A stretch of DNA of 64,000 nt from Tenericutes bacterium ADurb.Bin239 (GCA_002069815.1 MWCB01000001.1:65786-129785); one strand, 5' to 3'. Counted from the first letter of the stretch, positions 46,862-56,859 are shown. Notes: generated by a model from the letters alone, not told the origin. Numbers and translations: made by a program.

Positions 46862-48046
46862 ATGGATATTAAAATAAGTACCTTAGAAATTAGTGCCAGT
46901 GCCATCAAACTCGTTGTCGGCTATGAATTAGAAGGCAGTCCGTATGTGCTTTATGCAAATAAAGTTCCGCTTTCACAAGCGATTAGCGCTGGTGAAATTA
47001 TTGCCCAAGATCAAATCATTAGTGCGATTAAAACGTTGGCTAGTGATGTCCATGACACCTTAGGTGAAGCAATCAGTGAAGTAGTGCTCGCCTTACCAAC
47101 GATTGATTTTGAAGTGTTTCGCGGAACGCAAACAACGAATACCCTTTCTAGTAAAATTGATCGCATTGATATTAAAAATATTATGGCTCTTTTCCGTAAA
47201 AATCGCGTTGATCCTAATAAAGTGATTGTGGCAATTTTACCGCAAGTATTTAAGACTGATAGCGACCAAGTATATCGTTTACTTCCGCTTGGTGAAGTAA
47301 GTAATACACTGACTGTTGAAGCTTTCTTACATGTTTTACCTCTTTGGATTTATAACTCTTATATTGATGTTGTTCATAAGGCTGGTTTAAAAGTCCGCAA
47401 AGTTTATCCCGATAAATACGCGATGACCGAATTACTTAATAACCCAGCTACGGCCACTAATACATATTTCTTAGTTGATTTTGGGGCGAAACAAACATCA
47501 ATTAGTTTTGTTTCCAACCATAATTTATATTTTTCACGCATCATTAACGAAGGTAGTGATGATTTAACTTACCTTTTAGCGCAAAAATATGGTTTAGAAT
47601 TAAAAGAAGCCGATCGCCTTAAACGTGACTTTGGATTAGACCATCGTAACGTCAGTGTTAATTTCCCTCTGGCCCAAGGTATTGGCGAACGCGGTGAAGA
47701 AATTAAAGTTTACTTAACCGATATTTACACAACTTGTCAAACTTTTCTCCTTGACCACTTACAAAAAGTACTTAGTGAAATTAAAATTGTGGGCAAGAGT
47801 CAAAATATGCCGAACTTAAATAAGTATCCACTATTATTTGTCGGTGGCGGAAGTACCATTCATAATTATGAAGAAATTATTGGGAGTGACCGTTCATTCT
47901 CGGATAAATATATTGTTAAACTTGACACAATTGGGGCGCGTGATTTAACCTACGCTGTTAATCTTGGCTTAATTAAGGCTTATAGCAAGTATGCGCAAGA
48001 TATTGGAGATGAGAAGACAAGTATTGGGACACTGACAAGGAGTTAA
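46862..48046 (+). CDS. ftsA: Cell division protein FtsA (divergent)
   Basis: 394 aa; actin-like fold; position immediately upstream of ftsZ; GGAGAG SD. The phosphate-1 motif is diverged (LEISASAIKL). Confidence 0.75.
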   Translation: MDIKISTLEISASAIKLVVGYELEGSPYVLYANKVPLSQAISAGEIIAQDQIISAIKTLASDVHDTLGEAISEVVLALPTIDFEVFRGTQTTNTLSSKIDRIDIKNIMALFRKNRVDPNKVIVAILPQVFKTDSDQVYRLLPLGEVSNTLTVEAFLHVLPLWIYNSYIDVVHKAGLKVRKVYPDKYAMTELLNNPATATNTYFLVDFGAKQTSISFVSNHNLYFSRIINEGSDDLTYLLAQKYGLELKEADRLKRDFGLDHRNVSVNFPLAQGIGERGEEIKVYLTDIYTTCQTFLLDHLQKVLSEIKIVGKSQNMPNLNKYPLLFVGGGSTIHNYEEIIGSDRSFSDKYIVKLDTIGARDLTYAVNLGLIKAYSKYAQDIGDEKTSIGTLTRS

Positions 48047-48048
48047 GT

Positions 48049-49146
48049 ATGATTGGAACAAATGATTTAGACAATTTTGAACCGGTAGCGAAGATAGTCG
48101 TTATTGGTGTTGGTGGGGCTGGAAACAACGCGGTTAACCGGATGATTGATGACCAAATCGATAGCGTGTCTTTCTGGGTGGCAAACACCGATAAACAAGC
48201 ACTTGCCACGAGTAAAGCTAAAAATAGATTAGTGCTTGGTGAAGAGTTTACCCATGGTTTGGGGGCCGGTGGCGAACCAACTGTTGGTCGCAAAGCAGCC
48301 GAAGCTAGTCGTCCCGAAATTGAAAAAATAGTCCAAGGTGCAGACCTTGTCTTTATCGCCGCGGGGATGGGGGGCGGAACCGGTACTGGTGCCTCGCCAA
48401 TCATCGCCGAAATTGCTAAAAATAGCGGGGCTCTTACCATTGCAATTGTGACTCGTCCCTTTACATTTGAAGGTAAAAAACGAATCGCTAATAGTGTTGA
48501 AGGGCTTAATGCCTTAAAAGAAATTGTTGATTCAATCATTGTTGTTAGTAACGATAAACTACTCATAACTGGCGGAAATCTCCCAATTGCCACTGCTTTT
48601 GGCGAAAGTGATAAAGTCTTAGCCCAAAGTGTAAAAACGGTGGTGGACTTAATTTTAGTACCAGCGGTTATTAATCTTGACTTCGCTGATGTTCGTAACA
48701 CTTTACTTAATAGCGGCATTGCTTTAATTGGCTTTGGGATGGGTAAAGGGAAAAATAAAGCACGTGATGCCGCACAAACGGCGATTAATAGTCCGCTTCT
48801 TGAAGCTAGTCTTCAAGGGGCCCGAAAAGCAATTATTGCCGTGACTTGTGGGACGAATGTTTCCCTTTTTGAAGCCCAAGAAACCGTTAATGAAATTGTT
48901 GAAACGAGTGGTTCAAATCTTGATGTTAAATTTGGGGTAGCGTTAAATGACCTACTCGAAGACTCGATCATTGTCAGCGTTATCGCTAGTGATTTTGAAG
49001 AGCAATATGACTTTACAAGTACCCATTCCCCAATTATGAAACCAGTTACGCCTGATAGTCGCCCTTATCTTAGAGAAGATGACGATGAAGATGATGATAA
49101 CTTCCTCCCCAATATCTTACGCGAATTAGAGGAAGAAGAAAATTAG
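48049..49146 (+). CDS. ftsZ: Cell division protein FtsZ
   Basis: 365 aa; GVGGAGNNAV and tubulin signature GGGTGTGA; acidic linker followed by a C-terminal peptide. Confidence 0.95.
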   Translation: MIGTNDLDNFEPVAKIVVIGVGGAGNNAVNRMIDDQIDSVSFWVANTDKQALATSKAKNRLVLGEEFTHGLGAGGEPTVGRKAAEASRPEIEKIVQGADLVFIAAGMGGGTGTGASPIIAEIAKNSGALTIAIVTRPFTFEGKKRIANSVEGLNALKEIVDSIIVVSNDKLLITGGNLPIATAFGESDKVLAQSVKTVVDLILVPAVINLDFADVRNTLLNSGIALIGFGMGKGKNKARDAAQTAINSPLLEASLQGARKAIIAVTCGTNVSLFEAQETVNEIVETSGSNLDVKFGVALNDLLEDSIIVSVIASDFEEQYDFTSTHSPIMKPVTPDSRPYLREDDDEDDDNFLPNILRELEEEEN

Positions 49147-49173
49147 TGACAATATTATACAATTAGGTATAAT
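49146..49173 (+). promoter_or_regulatory. ileS promoter
   Basis: GTGACA (49146-51), 16 nt, TATAAT (49168-73). Confidence 0.55.
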
Positions 49174-49179
49174 AAGGAC

Positions 49180-49402
49180 GAAATCTGACGAAGACACGAT
49201 GTGGACACCAAACTTAATTAGCGACTAAGGGAATGGTGCAAGCCTTAGTAAGAATGTGGACTCATTATCACTTCTGAGTGTTGCCCTGAACCAAAAGTAA
49301 GGGTAATCGGGTTAACCTTCCGTTACAAGGAGAGAGTGCTAGAATAGTCTAGAAAATGGGTGGTACCACGGAGCTACTTCGTCCCATGGCTAGGCTTTTT
49401 TT
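49180..49402 (+). promoter_or_regulatory. T-box leader (Ile)
   Basis: Specifier ATC (49267-69) followed by A; T-box AAAATGGGTGGTACCACGG; hairpin followed by TTTTTTT before the AAGGAGG SD. Confidence 0.8.
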
Positions 49403-49418
49403 AATTAAGGAGGCAATT

Positions 49419-52136
49419 ATGGAACTTAAAGACACATTGTTAATGCCAAAAACAAACTTTGAGATGCGCGGTAATCTTACGCGTAAAGAGCCACTTATTT
49501 TAAAACGGTGGCAAGCAATAGAATTATATAAATTAATGTTAAAAAAGAATGAAGCAAGTAAACCTTTTATTCTTCACGACGGACCGCCGTATGCAAACGG
49601 TAATATTCATAGTGGGCATATGCTTAATCGTAACCTAAAAGATTTTGTAGTCCGTATGAAAAATATGCAAGGCTACGATACCCCTTTTATTTTGGGCTGG
49701 GATACTCACGGGCTCCCCATTGAAAACCAAGTGACGAAAAGCGGAGTGGATCGCAAAGCGATGCCTATATCAAGTTTTCGCAAGTTATGCGAAGAATATG
49801 CGCTTAAGCAAGTCAAATTACAAAAAGAACAAATCGAACGGTTAGGCATTGTTGGTGACTTTGATAATGCTTATTTAACATTGCATAAGGATTATGAAGC
49901 CGATGAGCTTAAAGTCTTTAAAAAGATGGCTTTAAAAGGCTTAATCTATCGCGGACTTAAACCAGTCCAATGGTCACCAAGTAGTGAAACAGCGCTTGCG
50001 GAAGCGGAGATTGAATATAAAGACGTCGTTAGTGATTCAATTTACGTAACTTTTGATGTCACCAAGGGTAATGATAAAGTACCGGTTGGCACTAAATTTA
50101 TGATTTGGACGACGACCCCGTGGACCATTCCGGCGAACTTAGCAATCAGCATGCATCCAGCGTTCACTTATGGAATTTATGAAAGTGCTATTGGTGATGT
50201 TATTTTATTACCTGATTTACTTGCCGATGTAAAGGCGGCAACAGGCTTAACTTTTAAGTTAAAACGTGAAGTCAAAGGAGCGGACCTAGAGTTAATTGAA
50301 ACTAAACACCCCTTATATGATCGTGTTTCCCTTGTTATCACGGGTATGCATGTTACGAGTGAAAGCGGGACCGGGGCCGTTCACACCGCGCCTGGACACG
50401 GGCTTGAAGACTTTGTGGTCGGCCAAAAATATGGCTTAGATGTGCTTTGTCCCGTCGATGCGCGTGGATACTTTACAGCGGAAGCTGGTAAATATGCTGG
50501 ATTATTTTATGAAGATGCAAATAAAGTCATTATTAGTGATTTAAAAGCGTCGGGTGCTCTTGTGGCTGCGACCAAAGTAACCCATAGTTACCCCCATGAC
50601 TGGCGCACCGACAAACCGTTAATCTTTCGCGCAACCCCGCAATGGTTTGCCAGTATTGATCCTATCCGCCAAGATCTACTTGATGCGGTACAAAAAGTTG
50701 AATGGTACCCGCGGTGGGGCGAAGGGCGGATTAGTAATATGATTAGTGAACGCGGTGACTGGACGATTAGTCGGCAACGGGTGTGGGGCGTCCCCATTCC
50801 GATTATTTATAATGAAGATGGTAGTCCCCTTCTTGAAGCGGAAGTTTTTGATAATATTATTGCCGAAGTAGCAAAACATGGCACAAATATTTGGTATGAG
50901 AAAGATGCGCATTATTTCTTACCAAAAGGTTATAAAAATAGTGCTTCACCACATGGCAAATTTACGAAGGAAGTTGATACGATGGATGTGTGGTTTGATA
51001 GCGGCATCAGCGCGATTCACACCCTTAAAAAACACGGTTTACCCTTTCCCGCTGATCTCTATCTTGAAGGTAATGATCAATATCGTGGTTGGTTTAATAG
51101 TTCGCTTACTTTAAGTGTTGCGGCCCTTGAAGAAAGCCCATATAAAGCGGTTGTTACCCACGGTTTTGTCGTTGATGACAAGGGCGAAAAGATGTCGAAA
51201 TCAAAAGGTAACACCCTTGATCCTACTAAATTAGCGAATGAATATGGTGCTGATATTTTACGCCTGTGGACGGCGACGATTGACTATCAAGAAGATGCGC
51301 GGCTAAGCGTTGAACTTTTACGGCAAACAAGTGAAACATATCGCAAGATTCGGAATACGTTCCGCTTTATGCTTGGTAATTTACCCGCCTTAACGGCAAC
51401 GCGCGAAGAAATTAGGGCGCTCTATCAAGAACCTTCCTTTTATATAGATAAATTAATGGTGGCTAAACTCCAACATGTCGTTAATAAAATGATTGATAGT
51501 TATAATGACTATGACTTTGGTAGTGCTTTTACAGTATTAATGAACTTTGTGACGAATGAACTTAGTAGTTTTTACTTAGATATTGCCAAAGATATTTTAT
51601 ATTGCGAGGCCAAAGAAAGCCCAAGGCGGCATAGTGTTGTGCGGACGCTCTATCAAGTTACAATGGCACTCTTACCGCTTATTGCTCCTGTCCTTGTCTT
51701 TACCGCCGAAGAGATTTATGATCATCTCCCCGTTATCAAGCGCGAAAAAAGTGTGCACCTAATGGATTTTCCGTACATGCTTCCTGACGATAAAGATAAA
51801 CTTGAACAATTTAGTGCGCTTTTAAAAGTGCGAAGTAATGCCTATCAACATATTGAAGTAGCGCGGCAACACGGATTAATTGGGAGTAGTCAAGAAGCGC
51901 GTTTAACGCTGCCGAAAAGTGAATTAGCTGTCGCGCCCATGCTTCAAGAATTAGATGCAACGGAACTTGCCCGTTTCTTTATTGTGAGTGACGTAAAGTT
52001 TGGGAATGCTTATAATGTCGTTAAGCACATGGGTCATAAGTGTCCGCGGTGTTGGAATTATCATGATTCATTAGTAAAAGTGGGTGACGTAGACGTTTGT
52101 GGGCGGTGCGCTAAGGTGTTAGAAAATTATGGATAA
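49419..52136 (+). CDS. ileS: Isoleucine--tRNA ligase
   Basis: Start moved to ATG 49419 (MELKDTLLMPKT); HIGH-type HSGH, KMSKS, C-terminal Zn-binding CPRCW...CGRC. Confidence 0.95.
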   Translation: MELKDTLLMPKTNFEMRGNLTRKEPLILKRWQAIELYKLMLKKNEASKPFILHDGPPYANGNIHSGHMLNRNLKDFVVRMKNMQGYDTPFILGWDTHGLPIENQVTKSGVDRKAMPISSFRKLCEEYALKQVKLQKEQIERLGIVGDFDNAYLTLHKDYEADELKVFKKMALKGLIYRGLKPVQWSPSSETALAEAEIEYKDVVSDSIYVTFDVTKGNDKVPVGTKFMIWTTTPWTIPANLAISMHPAFTYGIYESAIGDVILLPDLLADVKAATGLTFKLKREVKGADLELIETKHPLYDRVSLVITGMHVTSESGTGAVHTAPGHGLEDFVVGQKYGLDVLCPVDARGYFTAEAGKYAGLFYEDANKVIISDLKASGALVAATKVTHSYPHDWRTDKPLIFRATPQWFASIDPIRQDLLDAVQKVEWYPRWGEGRISNMISERGDWTISRQRVWGVPIPIIYNEDGSPLLEAEVFDNIIAEVAKHGTNIWYEKDAHYFLPKGYKNSASPHGKFTKEVDTMDVWFDSGISAIHTLKKHGLPFPADLYLEGNDQYRGWFNSSLTLSVAALEESPYKAVVTHGFVVDDKGEKMSKSKGNTLDPTKLANEYGADILRLWTATIDYQEDARLSVELLRQTSETYRKIRNTFRFMLGNLPALTATREEIRALYQEPSFYIDKLMVAKLQHVVNKMIDSYNDYDFGSAFTVLMNFVTNELSSFYLDIAKDILYCEAKESPRRHSVVRTLYQVTMALLPLIAPVLVFTAEEIYDHLPVIKREKSVHLMDFPYMLPDDKDKLEQFSALLKVRSNAYQHIEVARQHGLIGSSQEARLTLPKSELAVAPMLQELDATELARFFIVSDVKFGNAYNVVKHMGHKCPRCWNYHDSLVKVGDVDVCGRCAKVLENYG

Positions 52137-52701
52137 AGTAAAAAAGTTTTTTAAATCCTGCTTTTATTCGTATGCTTGGCTAGCAATAGTGCTTTTAATT
52201 GTCGATCAATTAACAAAACTGTGGGCTTTAAAAGCGGCTTGGGATTTAACGCTAATTCCCAACTTTTTACATTTAACCTATGTGCGCAATACTGGGGCGG
52301 CGTGGAGCATGTTCGATGGTAATATGACCCTTTTAGCGGTTGTTAGTGCGGTTGTTGGGGTTGCGATTATTGTCGCGCGCATTCTCTATCGTCATAAATT
52401 AAATGCCTTTAAAAAAATATTGTTTGCCGTCATTCTCGCTGGGACATGGGGGAACTTTATTGATCGCGCCTTTTCAAAGTTAGTAACCGGAGAAGAAGGC
52501 GTTATTGACTTTATTCATTTCCAATTTGGCCGTTATCATTTTCCCGTTTTTAATGTCGCTGATATTTGTATTACACTCGGAATTTTAACTTATCTTGTTT
52601 ATCTTTTTAGGGAAGAATATGTAATGGTGAAAAAGCCCAAAGGAGCCAAACAAACAAACGCCGAAATAAAAGAGGAAGACGATGCTAGTAACACTAATTA
52701 A
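52129..52701 (+). CDS. lspA: Lipoprotein signal peptidase II
   Basis: 190 aa; four TM segments; NTGAAWS and FNVAD motifs. Confidence 0.9.
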   Translation: MDKVKKFFKSCFYSYAWLAIVLLIVDQLTKLWALKAAWDLTLIPNFLHLTYVRNTGAAWSMFDGNMTLLAVVSAVVGVAIIVARILYRHKLNAFKKILFAVILAGTWGNFIDRAFSKLVTGEEGVIDFIHFQFGRYHFPVFNVADICITLGILTYLVYLFREEYVMVKKPKGAKQTNAEIKEEDDASNTN

Positions 52702-53596
52702 AGTTAGTGACGAACATATCAATGAACGATTAGATGTCGTGCTTTCCTCTTTATTAAATAGTTCGCGCGCGCAAGTTCAAAAGATGATTAAAGACGGTGA
52801 TGTTACGCTTTTTGGCGCGAAAGTTAAAGCTAGTTATCGGATAACAGGAAACGAAGAATTTAAGGTTATCATTAGGGAAAAAGAAGCTTTAGACTTAACA
52901 CCATATAAACTTGAACTTGATGTACGTTATGAAGATGAATATTTACTTGTTGTGAATAAACCCGCGGGTTTAGTCGTTCATCCTAGTTTTGGTCATAATC
53001 ATCAAACGTTAGTGCACGCCCTTTTAGCGCGCGGTGACGAATATAGTGATGTTAATGGCGTTTTTCGTCCTGGTATTGTTCATCGTCTTGATAAGGACAC
53101 AAGTGGGCTTCTCATTGTTTGTAAAAATAATGAAGTGCATAATAAGATATCGCGCCTTTTACAAAAACATGAAATAACCCGGCGTTATAGTGCCCTAGTC
53201 CGTGGTAAATTAAGCGAAGAAGCGGGTGTTATTCGCACTTACTTAACGCGGAGTAAGGAAAACTATCAAAAAATGGAAAACACACCCGCGACTGGTAAAC
53301 TCGCCATCACTCATTTTAAAGTTAAAGAACGGTTTAAAGGTTATATACTCTTAGAAGTTGATTTAGAAACGGGTCGCACCCATCAAATACGGGCGCACCT
53401 TGAATTTATTAATACACCGCTTGTCGGTGATAAGCTCTATGGGTTAAAAAAAGACCCACTTTACGACAAGGGTCAATTACTACACGCGAGTTATTTAGCG
53501 TTTATTCATCCCTACACTAAGGAAAAAGTAGAAGTAAGGGCCGAGTTACCGACTTACTTTAGCAAAGTCCTTGCTCGTCTCCAAAAAGATCAGTAA
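52682..53596 (+). CDS. rluD: 23S rRNA pseudouridine synthase, RluD-type
   Basis: 304 aa; S4 domain plus catalytic HRLDKDTSGLL. Confidence 0.9.
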   Translation: MLVTLIKVSDEHINERLDVVLSSLLNSSRAQVQKMIKDGDVTLFGAKVKASYRITGNEEFKVIIREKEALDLTPYKLELDVRYEDEYLLVVNKPAGLVVHPSFGHNHQTLVHALLARGDEYSDVNGVFRPGIVHRLDKDTSGLLIVCKNNEVHNKISRLLQKHEITRRYSALVRGKLSEEAGVIRTYLTRSKENYQKMENTPATGKLAITHFKVKERFKGYILLEVDLETGRTHQIRAHLEFINTPLVGDKLYGLKKDPLYDKGQLLHASYLAFIHPYTKEKVEVRAELPTYFSKVLARLQKDQ

Positions 53597-54482
53597 AATT
53601 GCGGAAATTGTGTTTAACAACACTTTTTAAATTATGCGCCCCAAATTTAACTAAAAATTCTTGGGCAAATTTATCAACATTAGCCCCAGCGCCAAGGGGT
53701 ATTTTCGTATTATAGCGAATGTTTAACGTCTCCATTTCTTCTAAAAAGTAGAAGCGAGCTAAAATGCTGGCAGTAGCGATTACAAGTGAGTTTTTTTCAC
53801 CATTCTTTAATTGAATAACAGGAGCTTTATCCATGTTCTCAGTGTATTTTTTATAATAATTATCACTAGTGAAAGCATCAAGGTAGAGATTACCCTTATA
53901 TTTTTGTTTTTTCGCTAGTTTAACAAGGACGTTATGGTGGAGCATTGCTTTCATTTGGTTCATGTTATAACCTTCTTTGACAAGCTCATTATATTTAGGA
54001 TTAGCGACAACATTTTTAATATGGGGCACTATCTTTTTAAGGGCGTGTCCAAGTAATATAATGTGATCATCATCAAGTAGTTTTGAGTCACGAATATTAA
54101 ACCCCTCAATCTCACGTTTTAAATCGGCATCAAGGTAAGCACTGACCACGACCAGTGGGCCAAAGAAATCACCAAACCCAACTTCATCACTGCCAATATG
54201 GGGAAAGACCGTAATCTTTTTATTACAAGTGGCGGTTTCGACTTTGGATTCGGCCTTTTCTTTTTCTACGAGATAAGATTTTAAGTATTTAGGGAGTGAA
54301 GGACCAACATAACGTGCGCGGTATGGTTTACCCTTAGTGTTATCGTAAATTGAAAACTGAATCTTCCCTTTTTCATAATAAACAATGATGTAAAAATGTT
54401 TATTACTCACCCTAGGTAATTTAGTTTGCTCAATAACGATTCCTAAATCTTCACGCGGAATTTCTAATTCATAACTTTTCAT
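53559..54482 (-). CDS. rnhC: Ribonuclease HIII
   Basis: 307 aa; about 85-aa N-terminal substrate-binding domain plus RNase HII/HIII core GSDEVGFGDFFGP. Confidence 0.85.
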   Translation of the reverse strand: MKSYELEIPREDLGIVIEQTKLPRVSNKHFYIIVYYEKGKIQFSIYDNTKGKPYRARYVGPSLPKYLKSYLVEKEKAESKVETATCNKKITVFPHIGSDEVGFGDFFGPLVVVSAYLDADLKREIEGFNIRDSKLLDDDHIILLGHALKKIVPHIKNVVANPKYNELVKEGYNMNQMKAMLHHNVLVKLAKKQKYKGNLYLDAFTSDNYYKKYTENMDKAPVIQLKNGEKNSLVIATASILARFYFLEEMETLNIRYNTKIPLGAGANVDKFAQEFLVKFGAHNLKSVVKHNFRNFTDLFGDEQGLC

Positions 54483-54488
54483 ACCTAT

Positions 54489-54497
54489 ATTTTATCA
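54489..54497 (-). promoter_or_regulatory. Extended -10 element placed for leaderless rnhC mRNA
   Basis: Minus strand TGATAAAAT, then 6 nt (ataggt), then ATG 54482; no SD. Confidence 0.55.
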
Positions 54498-54537
54498 TAT
54501 GGCGCTAACTTGTTCATTACAGGAAATGATTCATAAA

Positions 54538-54546
54538 TGATAAAAT
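54538..54546 (+). promoter_or_regulatory. Extended -10 element placed for leaderless mutS2 mRNA
   Basis: TGATAAAAT, then 6 nt (aaaacc), then ATG 54553; no SD. Confidence 0.55.
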
Positions 54547-54552
54547 AAAACC

Positions 54553-56859
54553 ATGGATATATTTGCACTATTAGAATTTAATGAAATAATTGCGAAAGTT
54601 AAAGATTTAACAAAGACCGAACTAGGCGGGGAGTACGCTAGTGGGATTACGTGCTTTAAAAGTGAAGAAGAAGCAACTTACGCACTTAATTTAGTAAGTG
54701 AAGCTGATTCTATTTTAACTCGGTTTGGTAGTTTACCTTTAGCGCCAAGTCACAAACTAGCGCCACTTCTTGATGAAGCTAAACGCGGTAATATTTTAAC
54801 GCCACATGACTTTTATTTAATAAGTGCTGATGTCTTAAATATTGTAAAGGTTAATTACTACTTAAAAGATAAATTAGATCAAGCCCCGCTTCTAAAAGTG
54901 ATGCTGAGCCGTGAAAACGATTTAAGTGAATTAGCGAAAGAAATAGATAAGATTATCACCCCTAATTTACTAATTAAAGATAATGCCAGTCACGAATTAG
55001 CGCGGATTCGGAAAAACATTATGTTAAGTGAAGATCGTCTCAATAAAGCAGCGCAAGGCCTGATTAGTAAATATGGAAGTTACTTAGCTGAATCCGTTAT
55101 TACTAAGCGCGATGGTCACTTTGTTATTCCGATTAAAACCGCTTATAAAAATAAAGTTGATGGTATCATTTATGATATTAGTAATTCGGGACAAACGATC
55201 TTTATTGAACCCGCGGAAATTGTAGCTCTCAATAGCACTTTAATTAGCTATCAAAATGATGAATTAATTGAAATTAATCGCCTGTTACGCGAATTAACGC
55301 TTAAAACATTACATTATGAAGATGAAATTATTAATAATAACGTTTTATTGGCCGAACTTGACTTAATTTTTGCCAAAGCAACATATGGTCAAAAGATTAA
55401 AGGCTTCGTGCCTATTTTCCACAAAGCCAAGGGGCTCAAGTTTACAAAAGCGCGCCACCCTCTGATTGATCCTGAGCTTGTGGTCGCTAATACGTTTAAT
55501 TTACGTGATGACCAATTTATTATCGTTATCAGTGGCCCAAATGCGGGCGGAAAAACGGTGGCCCTTAAAACGATTGGTCTATTAGTGTTGATGGCAAAAA
55601 GTGGGTTAATGTTATCGGTAAGCGAAGAACCACATTTATATTTCTACAACGATGTGTACGCTAGTATTGGTGATGAACAAAGTTTAAGTCAAAACTTATC
55701 AACATTTAGTAGTCATGTTAAACGCATTGGGGAAATAATGCGCGACGCTAATAGTGATGACCTTGTTTTACTTGATGAATTAGCGACTGGTACGAGTCCT
55801 GAAGAAGGGGAAGCCCTTGCTTTAGCGATAGTTTCATATTTATTAAACAATCACATCAGTAGCGTGATTTCTAGTCACTATAGCCGCCTTAAAGAATTCG
55901 CGTATAAGCATGACGGCATTATTAACGCCTCCATGGCCTTTGATGAAAAGAAATTAACTCCCCGCTATGAATATCATGAAGATGTTCCAGGCCGCTCTTA
56001 TGGACTTGTTGTCGCCAAACGCTTTGGGATTAATGAAGCGGTTATTAATGAGGCTGAAGCCTTTTTAAGTCATGGGGTCTATGACTTTGAATCGACAATT
56101 GGGAAATTGCGTGAAGAAATACGGGTTCTTGAAGAAGAACGAGCCATCCTAGCAAAAAAGCGGCACGAACTAGCCAAAAAAGAAAGTGAATTAGATAAAA
56201 AACTTAAGCGGCAAAGTGAACTTGAAGAAAGTTTTAAAAGTGAAAAACATGAACGGTTAGAAAAAGAAATAAATGAAGCGATTGAAACCTTAGATTCATT
56301 AGTGAAAAGTGCGCTTTCAAGTGGGGCCAAAGCTCATGAAATTATTGAACTGCGCCAACAAATTAAAGATCTAGGTCAAACCGCGCAAAACGAAACTAAA
56401 ACTAAAGTTGAATCATTGGCTATCGGTGATTATGTTGAAGTTAAAAAGCTACATGTTAAAGGCGAAATAACGCGAATTAAGGGGGATGAATACACGGTTA
56501 CGTTAGCAAGCGGTAAAATTCTCAAAGTTAAAGGAAGTGATCTTGACATCGCCGTGCGAAGTACGAAAAAAAAAGAACCTACGATTACCGTTAAAGGTCT
56601 CAATGAAGATCTATCAAGTGTTAAACCCGAAATTAATGTGATTGGGATGCGTGTTGATGAAGCTATCAGTGTGCTTGGTCCTTATCTTGATCGCGCGCTT
56701 TTAAAACGCTATCCAAGTGTGCGCATTATCCATGGCTTCGGAACCGGGGCTTTACGGCGGGCTATTCATGATTATTTAGCGCGTCTTTCATTTGTTAAAA
56801 GTTATGCACTAGCGGGTGAATATGAAGGGCAAGGGGGCGCAACGATCGTAACCTTTTAA
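54553..56859 (+). CDS. mutS2: Endonuclease MutS2
   Basis: 768 aa; Walker A GPNAGGKT, coiled-coil, C-terminal Smr domain (IHGFGTGALR). Confidence 0.9.
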   Translation: MDIFALLEFNEIIAKVKDLTKTELGGEYASGITCFKSEEEATYALNLVSEADSILTRFGSLPLAPSHKLAPLLDEAKRGNILTPHDFYLISADVLNIVKVNYYLKDKLDQAPLLKVMLSRENDLSELAKEIDKIITPNLLIKDNASHELARIRKNIMLSEDRLNKAAQGLISKYGSYLAESVITKRDGHFVIPIKTAYKNKVDGIIYDISNSGQTIFIEPAEIVALNSTLISYQNDELIEINRLLRELTLKTLHYEDEIINNNVLLAELDLIFAKATYGQKIKGFVPIFHKAKGLKFTKARHPLIDPELVVANTFNLRDDQFIIVISGPNAGGKTVALKTIGLLVLMAKSGLMLSVSEEPHLYFYNDVYASIGDEQSLSQNLSTFSSHVKRIGEIMRDANSDDLVLLDELATGTSPEEGEALALAIVSYLLNNHISSVISSHYSRLKEFAYKHDGIINASMAFDEKKLTPRYEYHEDVPGRSYGLVVAKRFGINEAVINEAEAFLSHGVYDFESTIGKLREEIRVLEEERAILAKKRHELAKKESELDKKLKRQSELEESFKSEKHERLEKEINEAIETLDSLVKSALSSGAKAHEIIELRQQIKDLGQTAQNETKTKVESLAIGDYVEVKKLHVKGEITRIKGDEYTVTLASGKILKVKGSDLDIAVRSTKKKEPTITVKGLNEDLSSVKPEINVIGMRVDEAISVLGPYLDRALLKRYPSVRIIHGFGTGALRRAIHDYLARLSFVKSYALAGEYEGQGGATIVTF

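Noticed and set aside
47973-48719. 248-aa ORF antisense to ftsZ, and similar antisense ORFs (162-422, 1900-2337, 2581-2766, 8194-8861, 19555-19839, 27896-28206, 33342-33796, 38539-38814, 50588-51114, 56079-56330, 61520-61792, 62774-63010)
   Set aside because: All lie entirely within, and antisense or out of frame to, well-supported conserved genes. Their products are low-complexity (Ser/Pro/Leu/Ile-rich) with no recognisable motifs or SDs. They are shadow ORFs typical of long coding regions.
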